This document shows, piece after piece, positions 1 to 9,823 of a stretch of DNA of 64,000 nucleotides. The notes beneath the pieces are model-generated. The model was not told the DNA's origin. It worked only from the letters and a program-made list of their open reading frames with translations, and did not search any database. Origin of the DNA: a bacterium (GTDB taxonomy: Bacteria > UBA6262 > WVXT01); NCBI GenBank assembly GCA_046759165.1, contig JBHIBS010000001.1, positions 22,304 through 86,303 of the forward strand. The letters run 5' to 3'. How positions within the stretch are numbered: the stretch's first letter is position 1; the number at the start of each line of letters is the position of its first letter. Made by a program: the position numbers and the translations under genes.

Positions 1-138
1 GTGTTTATTTAAAGCAAAGTCACGCAAATTATGTATGCTAATCTTAACAATGTTTTTCTGTTGCGCCCGTTTTAAGATACTTTCCTGAATTATCCCTTCG
101 AACATTCGTGGAAATATAGTTATTACATCGACTTGCAT
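1..138 (-). CDS. trmD: tRNA (guanine-N1)-methyltransferase, 5' part only (runs off window edge; not in ORF track)
   Basis: Manual translation from ATG 138: MQVDVITIFPRMFEGIIQESILKRAQQKNIVKISIHNLRDFALNKH, a typical TrmD N-terminus; follows rimM. Confidence 0.93.
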   Translation of the reverse strand, partial: MQVDVITIFPRMFEGIIQESILKRAQQKNIVKISIHNLRDFALNKH

Positions 139-150
139 CTTTGTCTTCAA

Positions 151-690
151 TTATAGTCCCTCGGGAAAATCGATTATCATTCTTTTCTTATTAATGTTTA
201 TTTCCTTAACCCATTTTCTTAAGGCGGGAAACAGAGTTTCTTTGCTGTCCTCTTTGATTACATAGATATCGTTTGCCCCTGTAGCAAAGATATCCACAAT
301 TTTTCCAAGCCTGCGAAGGCCTATTTTGTCTTCCGTAAAAACTTCCATTCCCATTAAATCTCGAACATAATAGACTCCCCTCTCTAAGGGAAGTCTCTTG
401 CAAGCAACCTTATATTTCTTTATCTGATCTGCCTGACTTATAGTATCATATCCAGCAAATTTCAGGATAATGAATCCCTTCTGTTCTCTCATGCCAACTA
501 TCTGGGCTTCCTTTTTCTCCCCATATGGGCTCACTAAATAGACATTCTTCATAGTTTCTAAAAGACCCCTTCGACCTCTTGCGACGAAGCTTGACAGGGG
601 CAGGTAGGAAATAAGTCTCACTTCACCTTTGCGTCCCTGTATATTAATGATCTCTCCCAAAAAGACTAAGTTTTTATCATTTTCTTCCAT
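151..690 (-). CDS. rimM: 16S rRNA processing protein RimM
   Basis: GxKGEVR N-terminus, YYVRDLMG, PRC-barrel TGANDIYV; rpsP-khpA-rimM-trmD order. Confidence 0.95.
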   Translation of the reverse strand: MEENDKNLVFLGEIINIQGRKGEVRLISYLPLSSFVARGRRGLLETMKNVYLVSPYGEKKEAQIVGMREQKGFIILKFAGYDTISQADQIKKYKVACKRLPLERGVYYVRDLMGMEVFTEDKIGLRRLGKIVDIFATGANDIYVIKEDSKETLFPALRKWVKEININKKRMIIDFPEGL

Positions 691-933
691 TTATTTAATG
701 ACCTCGAGCGTGACTCGATGCCCCGACTTCACTGAGCCAGCATTAAGCAATGTGCGAAGTGCCTTAATAGTCCTTCCCTGTTTACCGATTACTTTACCTA
801 TGTCTTGCTTTGCTGTGGAGAGCTCCAAAATTATATTTTGTTCTCCTTTTACTTCTTTAACTTTGACCTCTTTGGGGTTATCTACTAATTTTTTAACTAT
901 ATAAAGAACCAGTTCTTTCAACTTTTTCTCCAA
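691..933 (-). CDS. khpA: KH-domain RNA-binding protein KhpA
   Basis: LVDNP...DIGKVIGKQGRTIKALRTLL; position between rpsP and rimM. Confidence 0.93.
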   Translation of the reverse strand: MEKKLKELVLYIVKKLVDNPKEVKVKEVKGEQNIILELSTAKQDIGKVIGKQGRTIKALRTLLNAGSVKSGHRVTLEVIK

Positions 934-969
934 AAAATCACATAATAGTGAGTATTTGATGCCTAATAA

Positions 970-1218
970 TTATTCCTTTTCCCTGCGAATTTTCAATAGA
1001 CTCTTTACTGTTGGTGAAAGCAACGCACCCTTCTCTATCCAAGCCCTAATCTTTTCTTGCAAGAAAGTGACCTTCTCCCTGCCCCCCCCGCAGGGGTTGT
1101 AATGTCCAAGAATTTCTAATACTCGTCCATCCCTTCTCTTTCTCGAATCAACTGCCACAATAGTGTAGAAGGGACGCTTGTGTGTCCCGATTCTCTTCAA
1201 TCTAATCATTATTGACAT
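970..1218 (-). CDS. rpsP: 30S ribosomal protein S16
   Basis: IRLKRIG..KRPFY.IVAVDSR..RDGR..E.LGHYNP; start moved to ATG 1218 with GGGAGG RBS. Confidence 0.97.
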   Translation of the reverse strand: MSIMIRLKRIGTHKRPFYTIVAVDSRKRRDGRVLEILGHYNPCGGGREKVTFLQEKIRAWIEKGALLSPTVKSLLKIRREKE

Positions 1219-1271
1219 GTTTCCTCCCTTTGAGATCAGCAACAATAAAATCCCAGTTTTTCTCTCGTCAT

Positions 1272-1952
1272 TTACTTACTGGCGGCTCTCCTCTGAGAGA
1301 GGTCGCACAATTTGCGAAGATTCTCAATTGCTTTCCTGGGATTGGGTGAGCCGAAAATATACTCACCAGCGACCAGAATATTTGCGCCGCTATCTATTGC
1401 GGACTGCGCAGTTTCAAGATTGATTCCACCGTCAACTTGAATATCTACATCGAGTCGACTTTTTAAAATGTAGTCCCGGAGCTGAGCAATCTTGGGTAAG
1501 ACAGAACTAATGAACGTCTGCCCCCCATAGCCCGGCTCTACTGTCATCAACAGGGCCATATCGATTTGATTTAAGTGCTCCAACAAAGACTCAATGGGCG
1601 TCTGGGGATTGAGAGCCACTCCAACTTCCAATCCCTCCTTTTTAATTGCTTTAATTTCCTCTCTAAGATTAATACAAGCTTCTGAGTTAACTGTAATAAT
1701 TTTTGCTCCAGCCTGAGCAAAGACAGATATAAATTTCTCAGGATTCTCTATCATCAGGTGGACGTCGAGTGGAAGTTTGGTTATCCCCTTTATGGAACTG
1801 ACGACCCTAGGTCCAAAGGAAATATTGGGAACGAAGTGACCATCCATAATATCGAGATGTAACATATCAGCTCCCGCTTCTTCTATAAGCGAAATCAACT
1901 CCTTTAAGTTAGTAAAGTCGCAGCTTAGAATAGAAGGAGCAATCCTAATCAC
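1272..1952 (-). CDS. rpe: Ribulose-phosphate 3-epimerase
   Basis: IAPSILS, HLDIMDGHFVPN, DVHLM, VDGGIN motifs. Confidence 0.97.
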   Translation of the reverse strand: MIRIAPSILSCDFTNLKELISLIEEAGADMLHLDIMDGHFVPNISFGPRVVSSIKGITKLPLDVHLMIENPEKFISVFAQAGAKIITVNSEACINLREEIKAIKKEGLEVGVALNPQTPIESLLEHLNQIDMALLMTVEPGYGGQTFISSVLPKIAQLRDYILKSRLDVDIQVDGGINLETAQSAIDSGANILVAGEYIFGSPNPRKAIENLRKLCDLSQRRAASK

Positions 1953-2968
1953 AATTCTATCTCCTCTACCAGAATACTGTTAACAAATATTCTCGCTTTT
2001 GCTTTCCCCAAAACTTGTATGGGCAATGAAATCTTCGTCCCAGGAGAATGCATTTTATGGTACACTTCCCTTTCACCTTGGCCATCCACTACCACAATGA
2101 GAACATCCTTATCTAAAACTCCCTGGGAAACCTCATAATATATCATTGCTTCACGGATTATTTTGTGCACTGCGCTTTTCTTTGCTACAGTTACTTTGAC
2201 TATAGTATCTTCATCGATGATTTCATCCCAGTGAGGTTCTTGTTTTAAAATAGTCCCTTCGGGAACGTTATCATTTACAGTTTCTTTAATTTCACCTAGG
2301 GGTAAATTCATATCTCGCAATATCTTCCGGGCGCTGCGAATATTTTGGCCAAGCAGATTGACCATTAAAGGCACCTCTGCTTCTCTGGCTGGACCAAGAC
2401 TTACTACCAGATTAATCATGCTTCCCCTAGCAACGATCTCTTCAGGTGAAGGATCTTGCGCTATTACAAAGTCTTTTTTTATCTCCTCCGAGTAAATTCC
2501 TGTCTCCTCGCCCAGAACCAATCCTGCCTGACGGAGGAGAATCTTTGCCTCGCGTAGAGACTTCCCTACAAGCTGAGTAACGAAGATAACCTGACCGCCA
2601 GAACTAACGGTAACTTTAATAACTTTTCCTTCCTTCACTACCGACCCTGGCAGCGGCTCCTGGAAAATAATACTGCCATCTGGTATATTCTCATTATATT
2701 GTTCACCAACTTTCTTAATATATAAGTCCTGGTCACTTAAAATCTGGAGAGCCTGCCCCACAGTCTTTCCGGTCAGATCAGGAACCATAACCTCTTTCTT
2801 CTGATGAACAACTACCCCCATCAGTTGGTTGAAGATGAGAATTCCAAATACTATAGAGGCGGAAGTAGCCAGAATGAGCTTAATAAATTTTTTTATCCCC
2901 TGTTGGAGAGAAAAAAAACCAAGTAAGATAACAGAAATTAGAATTAGAATCCCTAATATTACTTTCAT
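1949..2968 (-). CDS. Membrane-anchored PASTA-repeat protein (3 PASTA + C-terminal beta domain), no kinase domain
   Basis: Two N-terminal hydrophobic segments; repeats VPDLTG...I..QEP.PG / LVGKS...VIAQDP / NLLGQ...ILKQEP. Confidence 0.85.
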   Translation of the reverse strand: MKVILGILILISVILLGFFSLQQGIKKFIKLILATSASIVFGILIFNQLMGVVVHQKKEVMVPDLTGKTVGQALQILSDQDLYIKKVGEQYNENIPDGSIIFQEPLPGSVVKEGKVIKVTVSSGGQVIFVTQLVGKSLREAKILLRQAGLVLGEETGIYSEEIKKDFVIAQDPSPEEIVARGSMINLVVSLGPAREAEVPLMVNLLGQNIRSARKILRDMNLPLGEIKETVNDNVPEGTILKQEPHWDEIIDEDTIVKVTVAKKSAVHKIIREAMIYYEVSQGVLDKDVLIVVVDGQGEREVYHKMHSPGTKISLPIQVLGKAKARIFVNSILVEEIEL

Positions 2969-2993
2969 CAGTTGACCTTTAACGATAAGCTCT

Positions 2994-4346
2994 TCACATT
3001 CTTACCATCCGACATGCAAACATGCCATCCATGTGGTGGCGATGAGGATAAATCTTCAAGAAACCATTTTCATCAACAACCTCTTCTTTAGAAACAGGAA
3101 GATAGGGCTTAACTGATTCCAGATGGAATAATGGTCTCTCTTTTAAGAATTTCTCAATAACTTTCTCGCCCTCTTCCGGTTCCAAACTGCAGACTACATA
3201 AACTAAAACACCTTTTGGTTTAACGCATAAAGAGACCTCATCTAAAATTACAGATTGCAACTGCGGCATTTTGACCAGAGTCTCCCGATAATCTCTATTC
3301 CAACGAACCTCCGGCTGACTCTGGATAATTCCCAGACTGGAGCAAGGGACATCCACAAGGCATCGGTCAACTTTTTTAGAATAAACCGAACTGGCCTTAG
3401 ATGCATCCAAAAGCTCCACTTTCACATTGGTTACTCCCAAGCGCATACAGTTTTCTTTAATCATCTCCAATCGAGGTTTACGGATATCTAAAGCAATAAT
3501 TGAACCCCTATTTTTCATAAGTTCTGCCATATGTGTAGTTTTTCCGCCCGGGGCCGCACAAGCGTCCAACACAGTCTCCCCAGGCCTGGGTGCAAGAATA
3601 TAACTGATGAGTTGAGAACTCTCTCCCTGGACAGTAAATAGCCCCTTCCTAAAAGATTCCAATTGAGTCAGAGAGATAAAATCTCTTATTTTCAGTCCCC
3701 TAGGAGCAACTGAGCTCACCTCCACTTTCAAATCTTCATCTTCCAGGGCACGGATAAGATCTTCCCGGGTAGTTTTCAGTGTGTTTGTGCGAATAGAAAG
3801 GGGGGGTGCTTGATTATTGACTTCGCATAACTGAATTGTTTCCTTTTCGCCGAATCGCGACAGCCACCGTGTAATTAACCATTGTGGATGAGAGTACCTT
3901 ATGGAAAGATAGTGGGATAGATTTTTTTGTTGGTCAGGATAGATAATATTTTCTATATTATCACTAACTGCACGTAGTACTGCATTGACCAGTGAAACGA
4001 TACCGCTGTGTTCAAATTCCTTGCTCATCTCCACTGTCTCGTTAATTGCTGCGTAGGCAGGAATCCTATCGAGATACATTAACTGATAAGCTCCCAACCT
4101 CAAAATATTTCTCACATAGGGGGAGAACTCTTCTATCTTTCGCTTTAAGCTATAGGTATTCAATACCCAATCTAAAGTGTTGAGACGGCGAATCACCCCA
4201 TAGATCAATTCGGTAACTAGTGCCCTATCCTCTTTTGATAATTCGTGAGACGAGAGTGCACTATCTAAAGCAACTCTGCTATAGGCATTTTTTGCCTCAA
4301 TCTTGTATAGGACTTCTAAAGCAATTCTCCTAGCTGACAATTTCAT
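2994..4346 (-). CDS. rsmB: 16S rRNA m5C967 methyltransferase (NusB-like + MTase)
   Basis: ARRIALEVL N-terminus, LDACAAPGGKT, DVPCS, YVVCS; start at ATG 4346. Confidence 0.95.
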   Translation of the reverse strand: MKLSARRIALEVLYKIEAKNAYSRVALDSALSSHELSKEDRALVTELIYGVIRRLNTLDWVLNTYSLKRKIEEFSPYVRNILRLGAYQLMYLDRIPAYAAINETVEMSKEFEHSGIVSLVNAVLRAVSDNIENIIYPDQQKNLSHYLSIRYSHPQWLITRWLSRFGEKETIQLCEVNNQAPPLSIRTNTLKTTREDLIRALEDEDLKVEVSSVAPRGLKIRDFISLTQLESFRKGLFTVQGESSQLISYILAPRPGETVLDACAAPGGKTTHMAELMKNRGSIIALDIRKPRLEMIKENCMRLGVTNVKVELLDASKASSVYSKKVDRCLVDVPCSSLGIIQSQPEVRWNRDYRETLVKMPQLQSVILDEVSLCVKPKGVLVYVVCSLEPEEGEKVIEKFLKERPLFHLESVKPYLPVSKEEVVDENGFLKIYPHRHHMDGMFACRMVRM

Positions 4347-5298
4347 TTTTTCCCCACATATCACCAACTGTTAGTCGGGCACCCTGAAGATAATCATAAG
4401 CCCTCTGGATAGGCTTACCTTCTGGCTGAACCCGAGTAACCAGAAGGCCTCCTTCCCCGCAGGCAACTACAAATCCTTCTCCCTTTCTAATTTCCACAAT
4501 CTCTCCTGGCTTAGGAAGATCTCCCTTGTTAGCCTCAACGGGTAGTGGCGTAATCTTGGCTTCCAATATCTTCACTTTCTTTCCACCATTTACTTTAATG
4601 TAAGTTCCGGGCCATGGATTCAGGGCCCGAATTCGATTGAGTATCTTGCCAGATGAGTCATTCCAATTAATTTTGCCATTTCTTTTCTTCAAGAAAGGCG
4701 CATAACTGATGCCAGAGTTATTCTGAGGATGAGCAGAAACTCTACCCTCTCTTATCAAATTGAGTGTCTCTTCCAATAAAATGATCCCTACTTCGCATAA
4801 TTTGTTCAGTAAGCTCAAATAATTGTCATCGGGGTCTATGGAAATCTTTCTCTGTAAAATAATGTCTCCCGCGTCCACTTCTTCTTTCATAAAGATTGAT
4901 GATACTCCTGTATAAGAATCGCCGTTAACAAGCGCCCAGTGCACAGGAGCGGGGCCACGGTACTTGGGAAGCAGAGAAAAATGGATATTCACACAACCCT
5001 TCCTTGGAATACTCAGTACTTCGGACGACAAGACTTTTCCAAAGGCAACAACCACAATTAAATCTGGGTCTAACTCCCTAACACTTTTCACAAAATTGAT
5101 GTCGCCAATCCTCTCAGGTTGAAAGAGAGTAAAGTTTCTCTCCAAAGCAAATTTCTTTACTTCCGAGTATTCCAAACGGTGTCCCCGTCCACTAGGGCGA
5201 TCTCCTTGGGTGACAATGGCTACAATTTCGTCACTCTCCATTATCTTTCTCAAGAACTGGACGGAAAAGTCAGGTGTTCCCATAAAAAAGATACGCAA
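4330..5298 (-). CDS. fmt: Methionyl-tRNA formyltransferase
   Basis: FMGTPDF, NIHFSLLPKYRGPAP, IRALNPWPG; TTG start with AGGAGG RBS. Confidence 0.97.
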   Translation of the reverse strand: MRIFFMGTPDFSVQFLRKIMESDEIVAIVTQGDRPSGRGHRLEYSEVKKFALERNFTLFQPERIGDINFVKSVRELDPDLIVVVAFGKVLSSEVLSIPRKGCVNIHFSLLPKYRGPAPVHWALVNGDSYTGVSSIFMKEEVDAGDIILQRKISIDPDDNYLSLLNKLCEVGIILLEETLNLIREGRVSAHPQNNSGISYAPFLKKRNGKINWNDSSGKILNRIRALNPWPGTYIKVNGGKKVKILEAKITPLPVEANKGDLPKPGEIVEIRKGEGFVVACGEGGLLVTRVQPEGKPIQRAYDYLQGARLTVGDMWGKNEIVS

Positions 5299-5358
5299 CT
5301 TTTCCTCCTAGTCCCAGTTAGGCACTCCCGAGTTTGAGATAGCACGAAGTTACTTTTA

Positions 5359-5387
5359 ATAATACCAGATTTTTTACCTTTATACAA
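5359..5387 (-). promoter_or_regulatory. Putative sigma70 promoter for fmt-rsmB
   Basis: TTGTAT-17 nt-TATTAT with TG extension on minus strand. Confidence 0.5.
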
Positions 5388-5404
5388 ATTTTTTATTCCC
5401 CCTC

Positions 5405-7399
5405 TCAAAGCACACTGAGAGGATCAACGTCGACATTAATCTCTACCCCTTTCCGGCCAAATCCAGGGTAGTGCCTCTGGAAAAATTCACCAATAGACTT
5501 TATATCAGTGGTTTTGATAATAATCTGCCACCGGTATTTTCCTGCAATCTTATTTAGGACGGCCGGGCCAGGTCCCAGTATAGTGCCTTGATTAATCTCT
5601 CTTTTCAATAGAGAATTAATCTTCTCAGATGCTGCTATTACTTTTTCTTCGTCTTTTCCCTTTACCAAAATAATTACTAAGTTAGTAATGGGCGGATAGT
5701 TCAACTCTTTTCGAAATTCTATCTCCCTCTCGTAGAATGTGCGGTAATTATGCTTAAGTGCCATTTTTATGCTATAATGACCGGGATTGTAAGTCTGCAC
5801 GATAACCTCACCACCCTTGGGTCCTCGCCCGCTCCGTCCGGCGACCTGCGTAATTAGAGCGAAGGTTCTCTCTGCAGAGCGGAAATCTGGCAGATTTAAG
5901 GCTGTATCCGCTGAGATTATTCCAACCAGCGTAACATCCGGAAAATCCCACCCTTTGGCCACGAGCTGAGTACCCACCAAAATATCGACCTTTCGCTGGC
6001 GAAACGCATTAAATATTTTCTGTGCAGCGAACCTATAATGCATTGTGTCGATATCCATTCTCATAACTTTTGCTGGGGAAAACATCTTCTTCACTATCTG
6101 TTCTACTTTCTCAGTCCCAGTCCCAAAATAGCGAATTTTTCTACTGCCGCACTTAGGGCAGAATCTTGGCGCTTCATCGTGATGGTTACAATAGTGACAC
6201 TTGACCTTTTTCTCGTCAAAATGGTAGACCATGGAAACGTTACAATTTGGACATTTTAACACAAAGCCACATTCTCGACATAAGATAAAAGTGGAATATC
6301 CTCGCCGATTTAAGAAGAGGATAATCTGTTCACCTCTTTTTAGTCTCTCAGTAATGGCTTCAGAAAGTTTCAGAGAGAGGATGCCTTGATTGTTTCTCTC
6401 TCTCAGTTCTTCACGCATGTCAACTACATCTACTGAAGGAAGAGACTTCTCATATATCCTTTCCGGAAGAGTTAAAAGTCTATATGGTTTTACTCCCGTT
6501 AAGGCCCGATAGAAAGCCTCCAGAGAGGGAGTTGCTGAACCCAGGATCAGAGTTGCTCTCTCAAGCTCAGCTCTCTTCTCTGCTAATTCTCTGGTATGAT
6601 ACAGAGGTCTCTTTTCCTGCTTGTAAGAAGTATCATGTTCCTCATCAATTATTATTAGGCCCAAATTTGGGAAAGGCGCAAAAATTGCTGACCTTGGTCC
6701 AATCATTACATCTATTTTCCCCTGGTAGGCGGATTGCCAAGTTCTATATCTCTCCCCCTGGGAAAGACGACTGTGCCAGAGGCCGATTCGACTGGATCCG
6801 AATCTCTCTTCAAAAATACTCAAGAATTGTGGGGTCAATGATATTTCGGGGACCAAAAATATGGACTGTCTTCCCACCTCCTGAGCTTGAGCTATACCCT
6901 GCAGATAGACCTCTGTCTTGCCACTGTCAGTTACCCCGTGGATAAGAAATACACTAAACTTTTTCTCTTTTATACTATTTTGAATCGGCTTTAGTATTCT
7001 CTTCTGCTGTGGAGATGGTATAAAGGCGGAAAAGACCTTCGGCTCTTGTTCTTTAATCTTTCCCCTTAGTTTTACGGGCCGAAAATTGTGGGGAAGTATT
7101 GTATCCAGAGCCTGTCCGAGAGAACAGACATAATATTTGGATATCCACCTAGCCAGCTCTAATAGATGTGTAGAAATTAACGGCTCTTTATCAACGACTT
7201 CGTCAATCATTTTTAGACCTTTTAGTTCCAACTTTGTTAAGCTATCTACAATATATCCTATCCTTTCTTTGGTTCCAAAAGGTGCCATTACTCTTCTTCC
7301 TACCAGTCTTTCCGACTCGAGTTCAATCGGAAGCGAATAGTGGAAAATTCTATTAAAGGGCATAGGAAAAACAACCGACACGCATCTTTGTATAGCCAT
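5405..7399 (-). CDS. priA: Primosomal protein N' (compact form)
   Basis: GVTDSGKTEVY, LVPEISLT, IIDEEHD, two pairs of CxxC motifs, QVAGRSGR, DVDP end. Confidence 0.97.
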   Translation of the reverse strand: MAIQRCVSVVFPMPFNRIFHYSLPIELESERLVGRRVMAPFGTKERIGYIVDSLTKLELKGLKMIDEVVDKEPLISTHLLELARWISKYYVCSLGQALDTILPHNFRPVKLRGKIKEQEPKVFSAFIPSPQQKRILKPIQNSIKEKKFSVFLIHGVTDSGKTEVYLQGIAQAQEVGRQSIFLVPEISLTPQFLSIFEERFGSSRIGLWHSRLSQGERYRTWQSAYQGKIDVMIGPRSAIFAPFPNLGLIIIDEEHDTSYKQEKRPLYHTRELAEKRAELERATLILGSATPSLEAFYRALTGVKPYRLLTLPERIYEKSLPSVDVVDMREELRERNNQGILSLKLSEAITERLKRGEQIILFLNRRGYSTFILCRECGFVLKCPNCNVSMVYHFDEKKVKCHYCNHHDEAPRFCPKCGSRKIRYFGTGTEKVEQIVKKMFSPAKVMRMDIDTMHYRFAAQKIFNAFRQRKVDILVGTQLVAKGWDFPDVTLVGIISADTALNLPDFRSAERTFALITQVAGRSGRGPKGGEVIVQTYNPGHYSIKMALKHNYRTFYEREIEFRKELNYPPITNLVIILVKGKDEEKVIAASEKINSLLKREINQGTILGPGPAVLNKIAGKYRWQIIIKTTDIKSIGEFFQRHYPGFGRKGVEINVDVDPLSVL

Positions 7400-7423
7400 A
7401 AGTAGGTCTCTCCGCCCTCGATT

Positions 7424-7473
7424 TAAAGGATAGTTTGTAGAGAGCTTTTCTAATTTTAGCCAAAAAACGGAGG
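7424..7473 (+). repeat. Truncated copy of the left end of the 49751-49922 MITE-like element
   Basis: aaaggatagtttgtagagagc...aattttagccaaaaaacggagg resembles aaagatagtttgttaagagc...aattttagccgaaaaacgagg. Confidence 0.6.
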
Positions 7474-7493
7474 TTGAAGCCTGGGGCTACGTA

Positions 7494-7859
7494 TTAAAGC
7501 TTAAACTTTTCAGCCCAATCGCTTATGATTGGACACTTCCAGTAGTTCCCTTTAAGAACTTGAACGATTCCCACAAGAGACAGGAAAAAAAGAACCAAAG
7601 ATCCTCCTGCAAAAATTAGCTGGCCCACAACTGGAATCATATTTACAGCTACAAGAGCGACTTCCAGAAGAAAAATAACGAATCCTTGCTTAGCATGGAA
7701 AATGGCAAACTTGTTAACCTTCCTCGAAAATACCGGAAGCATCCTCAATGTGGAGAAATAGACAATGGGAACCAAACAGAGAATTGACAGGTAAGTTATC
7801 ACTCCAAAAATTTTCCCCTCCATAATTATCCCTTCTTCATTTCTTGGTCCCTCTGCCAC
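7494..7859 (-). CDS. Small membrane protein, DUF4870-like
   Basis: Three hydrophobic helices, FHAKQG and G.YW..PII..WAEK motifs. Confidence 0.7.
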   Translation of the reverse strand: MAEGPRNEEGIIMEGKIFGVITYLSILCLVPIVYFSTLRMLPVFSRKVNKFAIFHAKQGFVIFLLEVALVAVNMIPVVGQLIFAGGSLVLFFLSLVGIVQVLKGNYWKCPIISDWAEKFKL

Positions 7860-8589
7860 AAAAATTACCTCCCATTATCATAGCCTTCTTTATCTTCTTC
7901 ACATCTTCCCACACTTCCCTTTTTCTCGCCGGGTCTCTCAAAAGATATGCTGGATGGTAAGTGGGAATGACCTTTATAGGCTGTCCAAACCCTCCATAAG
8001 GCGGACAAAAATCGTGGAACTTACCACGAAGTTTCCCAATGCCCTCACTTAAGTTTAAAAGCGCCTTGGTAGCCGGTGAACCCAAAGTACAGATGATTTT
8101 GGGCTTGATAATTCCAATCTGTTTAAGCAAGACTGGAAGACACTGAGCTACCTCATCCTGAGTTGGCGGTCGGTCATTACCTCTCATCTCGGGGTGGGTG
8201 GGATCTCTCATTGGATGACATTTCACAATATTGGAAATGTATACTTCTTCTCTGGTCAGCGCAATCGATTCAATTATTTTGGTTAAAAGCTGTCCAGCTT
8301 TCCCCACAAAGGGAATTCCCAACCGATCTTCATCGAAACCGGGCCCCTCACCAACAAACATTAATTGAGCTTTGGAATTCCCGGCTCCGAACACCAAATT
8401 TGTCCTCGTTTTCCCTAATTTACACTTTTGACAATCCTCTACGCTCCTTGCCAAATCATCTAAGGCTTGTGATCCAGCCCTCCTTTCTTCCAGATGTTGC
8501 ACAAACTCTCTCACTCCCCTATCTCTTTCTTGCTCAAGAAACTTCCTAGTTATTGAAATTAACTCAGCAAACTCTTTGCGTCTATTCAA
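7837..8589 (-). CDS. Uracil-DNA glycosylase family 4 (Fe-S)
   Basis: CxxC, FVGEGPG..ED..G.PFVG, NIVKCHP, TYHPAYLLR. Confidence 0.93.
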   Translation of the reverse strand: MNRRKEFAELISITRKFLEQERDRGVREFVQHLEERRAGSQALDDLARSVEDCQKCKLGKTRTNLVFGAGNSKAQLMFVGEGPGFDEDRLGIPFVGKAGQLLTKIIESIALTREEVYISNIVKCHPMRDPTHPEMRGNDRPPTQDEVAQCLPVLLKQIGIIKPKIICTLGSPATKALLNLSEGIGKLRGKFHDFCPPYGGFGQPIKVIPTYHPAYLLRDPARKREVWEDVKKIKKAMIMGGNFCGRGTKK

Positions 8590-8604
8590 TTCTAAGTCCT
8601 AAGC

Positions 8605-9819
8605 TCATTTCATAAATTCTTTTGCTTCCGATAGTATCTTTTCGGCTATCCTTTCCTTTTTCATTTTCCGTAAGAAGATTTTTTTTCCTGACTTTATGAA
8701 AATTTTAACTGTGGCTTCATCTCGGCTCATTACTTGAGGAGCATTAGCTATAATCATATCGAGATTCTTCCCTTTCAGTTTCTCGCGGGCGTTCCTTTCC
8801 AAATCTCTTGTCTCTAAGGCGAACCCAATTAAGAATTTCGCGCCTTTCTGTTTGCCCAATTGACCGAGTATATCGGGGTTCCTTATCAAATTTATACTTT
8901 TCCTTTTCAGGTTGCTTTTAATTTTATCTTTCTCCCTCTCCTCTGGGCGGTAATCGCTGACAGCAGCGGAAGCAATAACCACATCGGAGCGAGGAAAGTG
9001 TTTTACGACTTCCTTTTCCATATCCAGGGCTGACTCTATAAATATGGTCTTCAGTCCTTCTGGTGGTGCAATATTTGTAGGACCGCTAATTAATATTACC
9101 TTTGCCCCTCTCCTTTGGGCTACTTCAGCCAAAATATAGCCCATTTTGCCCGAAGAAGCATTTGATATAAACCTCACTGGGTCCAGGTACTCATGAGTGG
9201 GACCGGCGGTAATGAGAAAAGTCTTACCTACCATATCTTTTTCCCTATCCAAAATATCCTTAACACCCTCTATAATCTCATCATTACTAGCTAACCTTCC
9301 TAAGCCAATCTTTCCTGAGGCGAGCTCCCCGAATCCCGGTCCAATAAATTTGAATCCCTTCTCTTTCAACTTTTCAATGTTGGCTTGTGTGAAACTATTC
9401 TTATACATAGTTTCATGCATTGCTGGTGCTATTAAAGTAGGGGCCTTGGTTGCCAAAACGCTAGCTGTCAGGAGATCGTCAGCAATGCCAGTGGCTAATT
9501 TTGCAATGGTGTTGGCTGTAGCAGGGGCAATCAAAATTAAGTCTGCTCTTTCGGCCAAGGAAATATGCTCGAGTTTCCATTCTTCCCGCAAATCGAAAAG
9601 ATTTAGATAGACTCTATTTCCAGAGAGAGTCTGAAGAGTTAAAGGGGTGACGAAATGAGTAGCTGACCTGGTCATTACCACAAAAACTTCAGCACCCAAC
9701 TCTTTTAGGCAAGAAACTATCCCACAGGCCTTGTAAGCAGCAATACTGCCTGTTATGCCTAGAACGATTTTTCTACCCGAAAAGGGTTTATTTTCCTTCA
9801 GGTTTCTTTTTCTGGACAC
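8605..9819 (-). CDS. coaBC: Phosphopantothenoylcysteine decarboxylase/synthetase
   Basis: LGITGSIAAYK, APATAN, TAGPT.E.LDPVRFISN.SSGKMG, AAVSDY, GFALE; likely GTG start at 9819 after the rpoZ stop. Confidence 0.95.
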   Translation of the reverse strand: MSRKRNLKENKPFSGRKIVLGITGSIAAYKACGIVSCLKELGAEVFVVMTRSATHFVTPLTLQTLSGNRVYLNLFDLREEWKLEHISLAERADLILIAPATANTIAKLATGIADDLLTASVLATKAPTLIAPAMHETMYKNSFTQANIEKLKEKGFKFIGPGFGELASGKIGLGRLASNDEIIEGVKDILDREKDMVGKTFLITAGPTHEYLDPVRFISNASSGKMGYILAEVAQRRGAKVILISGPTNIAPPEGLKTIFIESALDMEKEVVKHFPRSDVVIASAAVSDYRPEEREKDKIKSNLKRKSINLIRNPDILGQLGKQKGAKFLIGFALETRDLERNAREKLKGKNLDMIIANAPQVMSRDEATVKIFIKSGKKIFLRKMKKERIAEKILSEAKEFMK

Positions 9820-9823
9820 TTTC

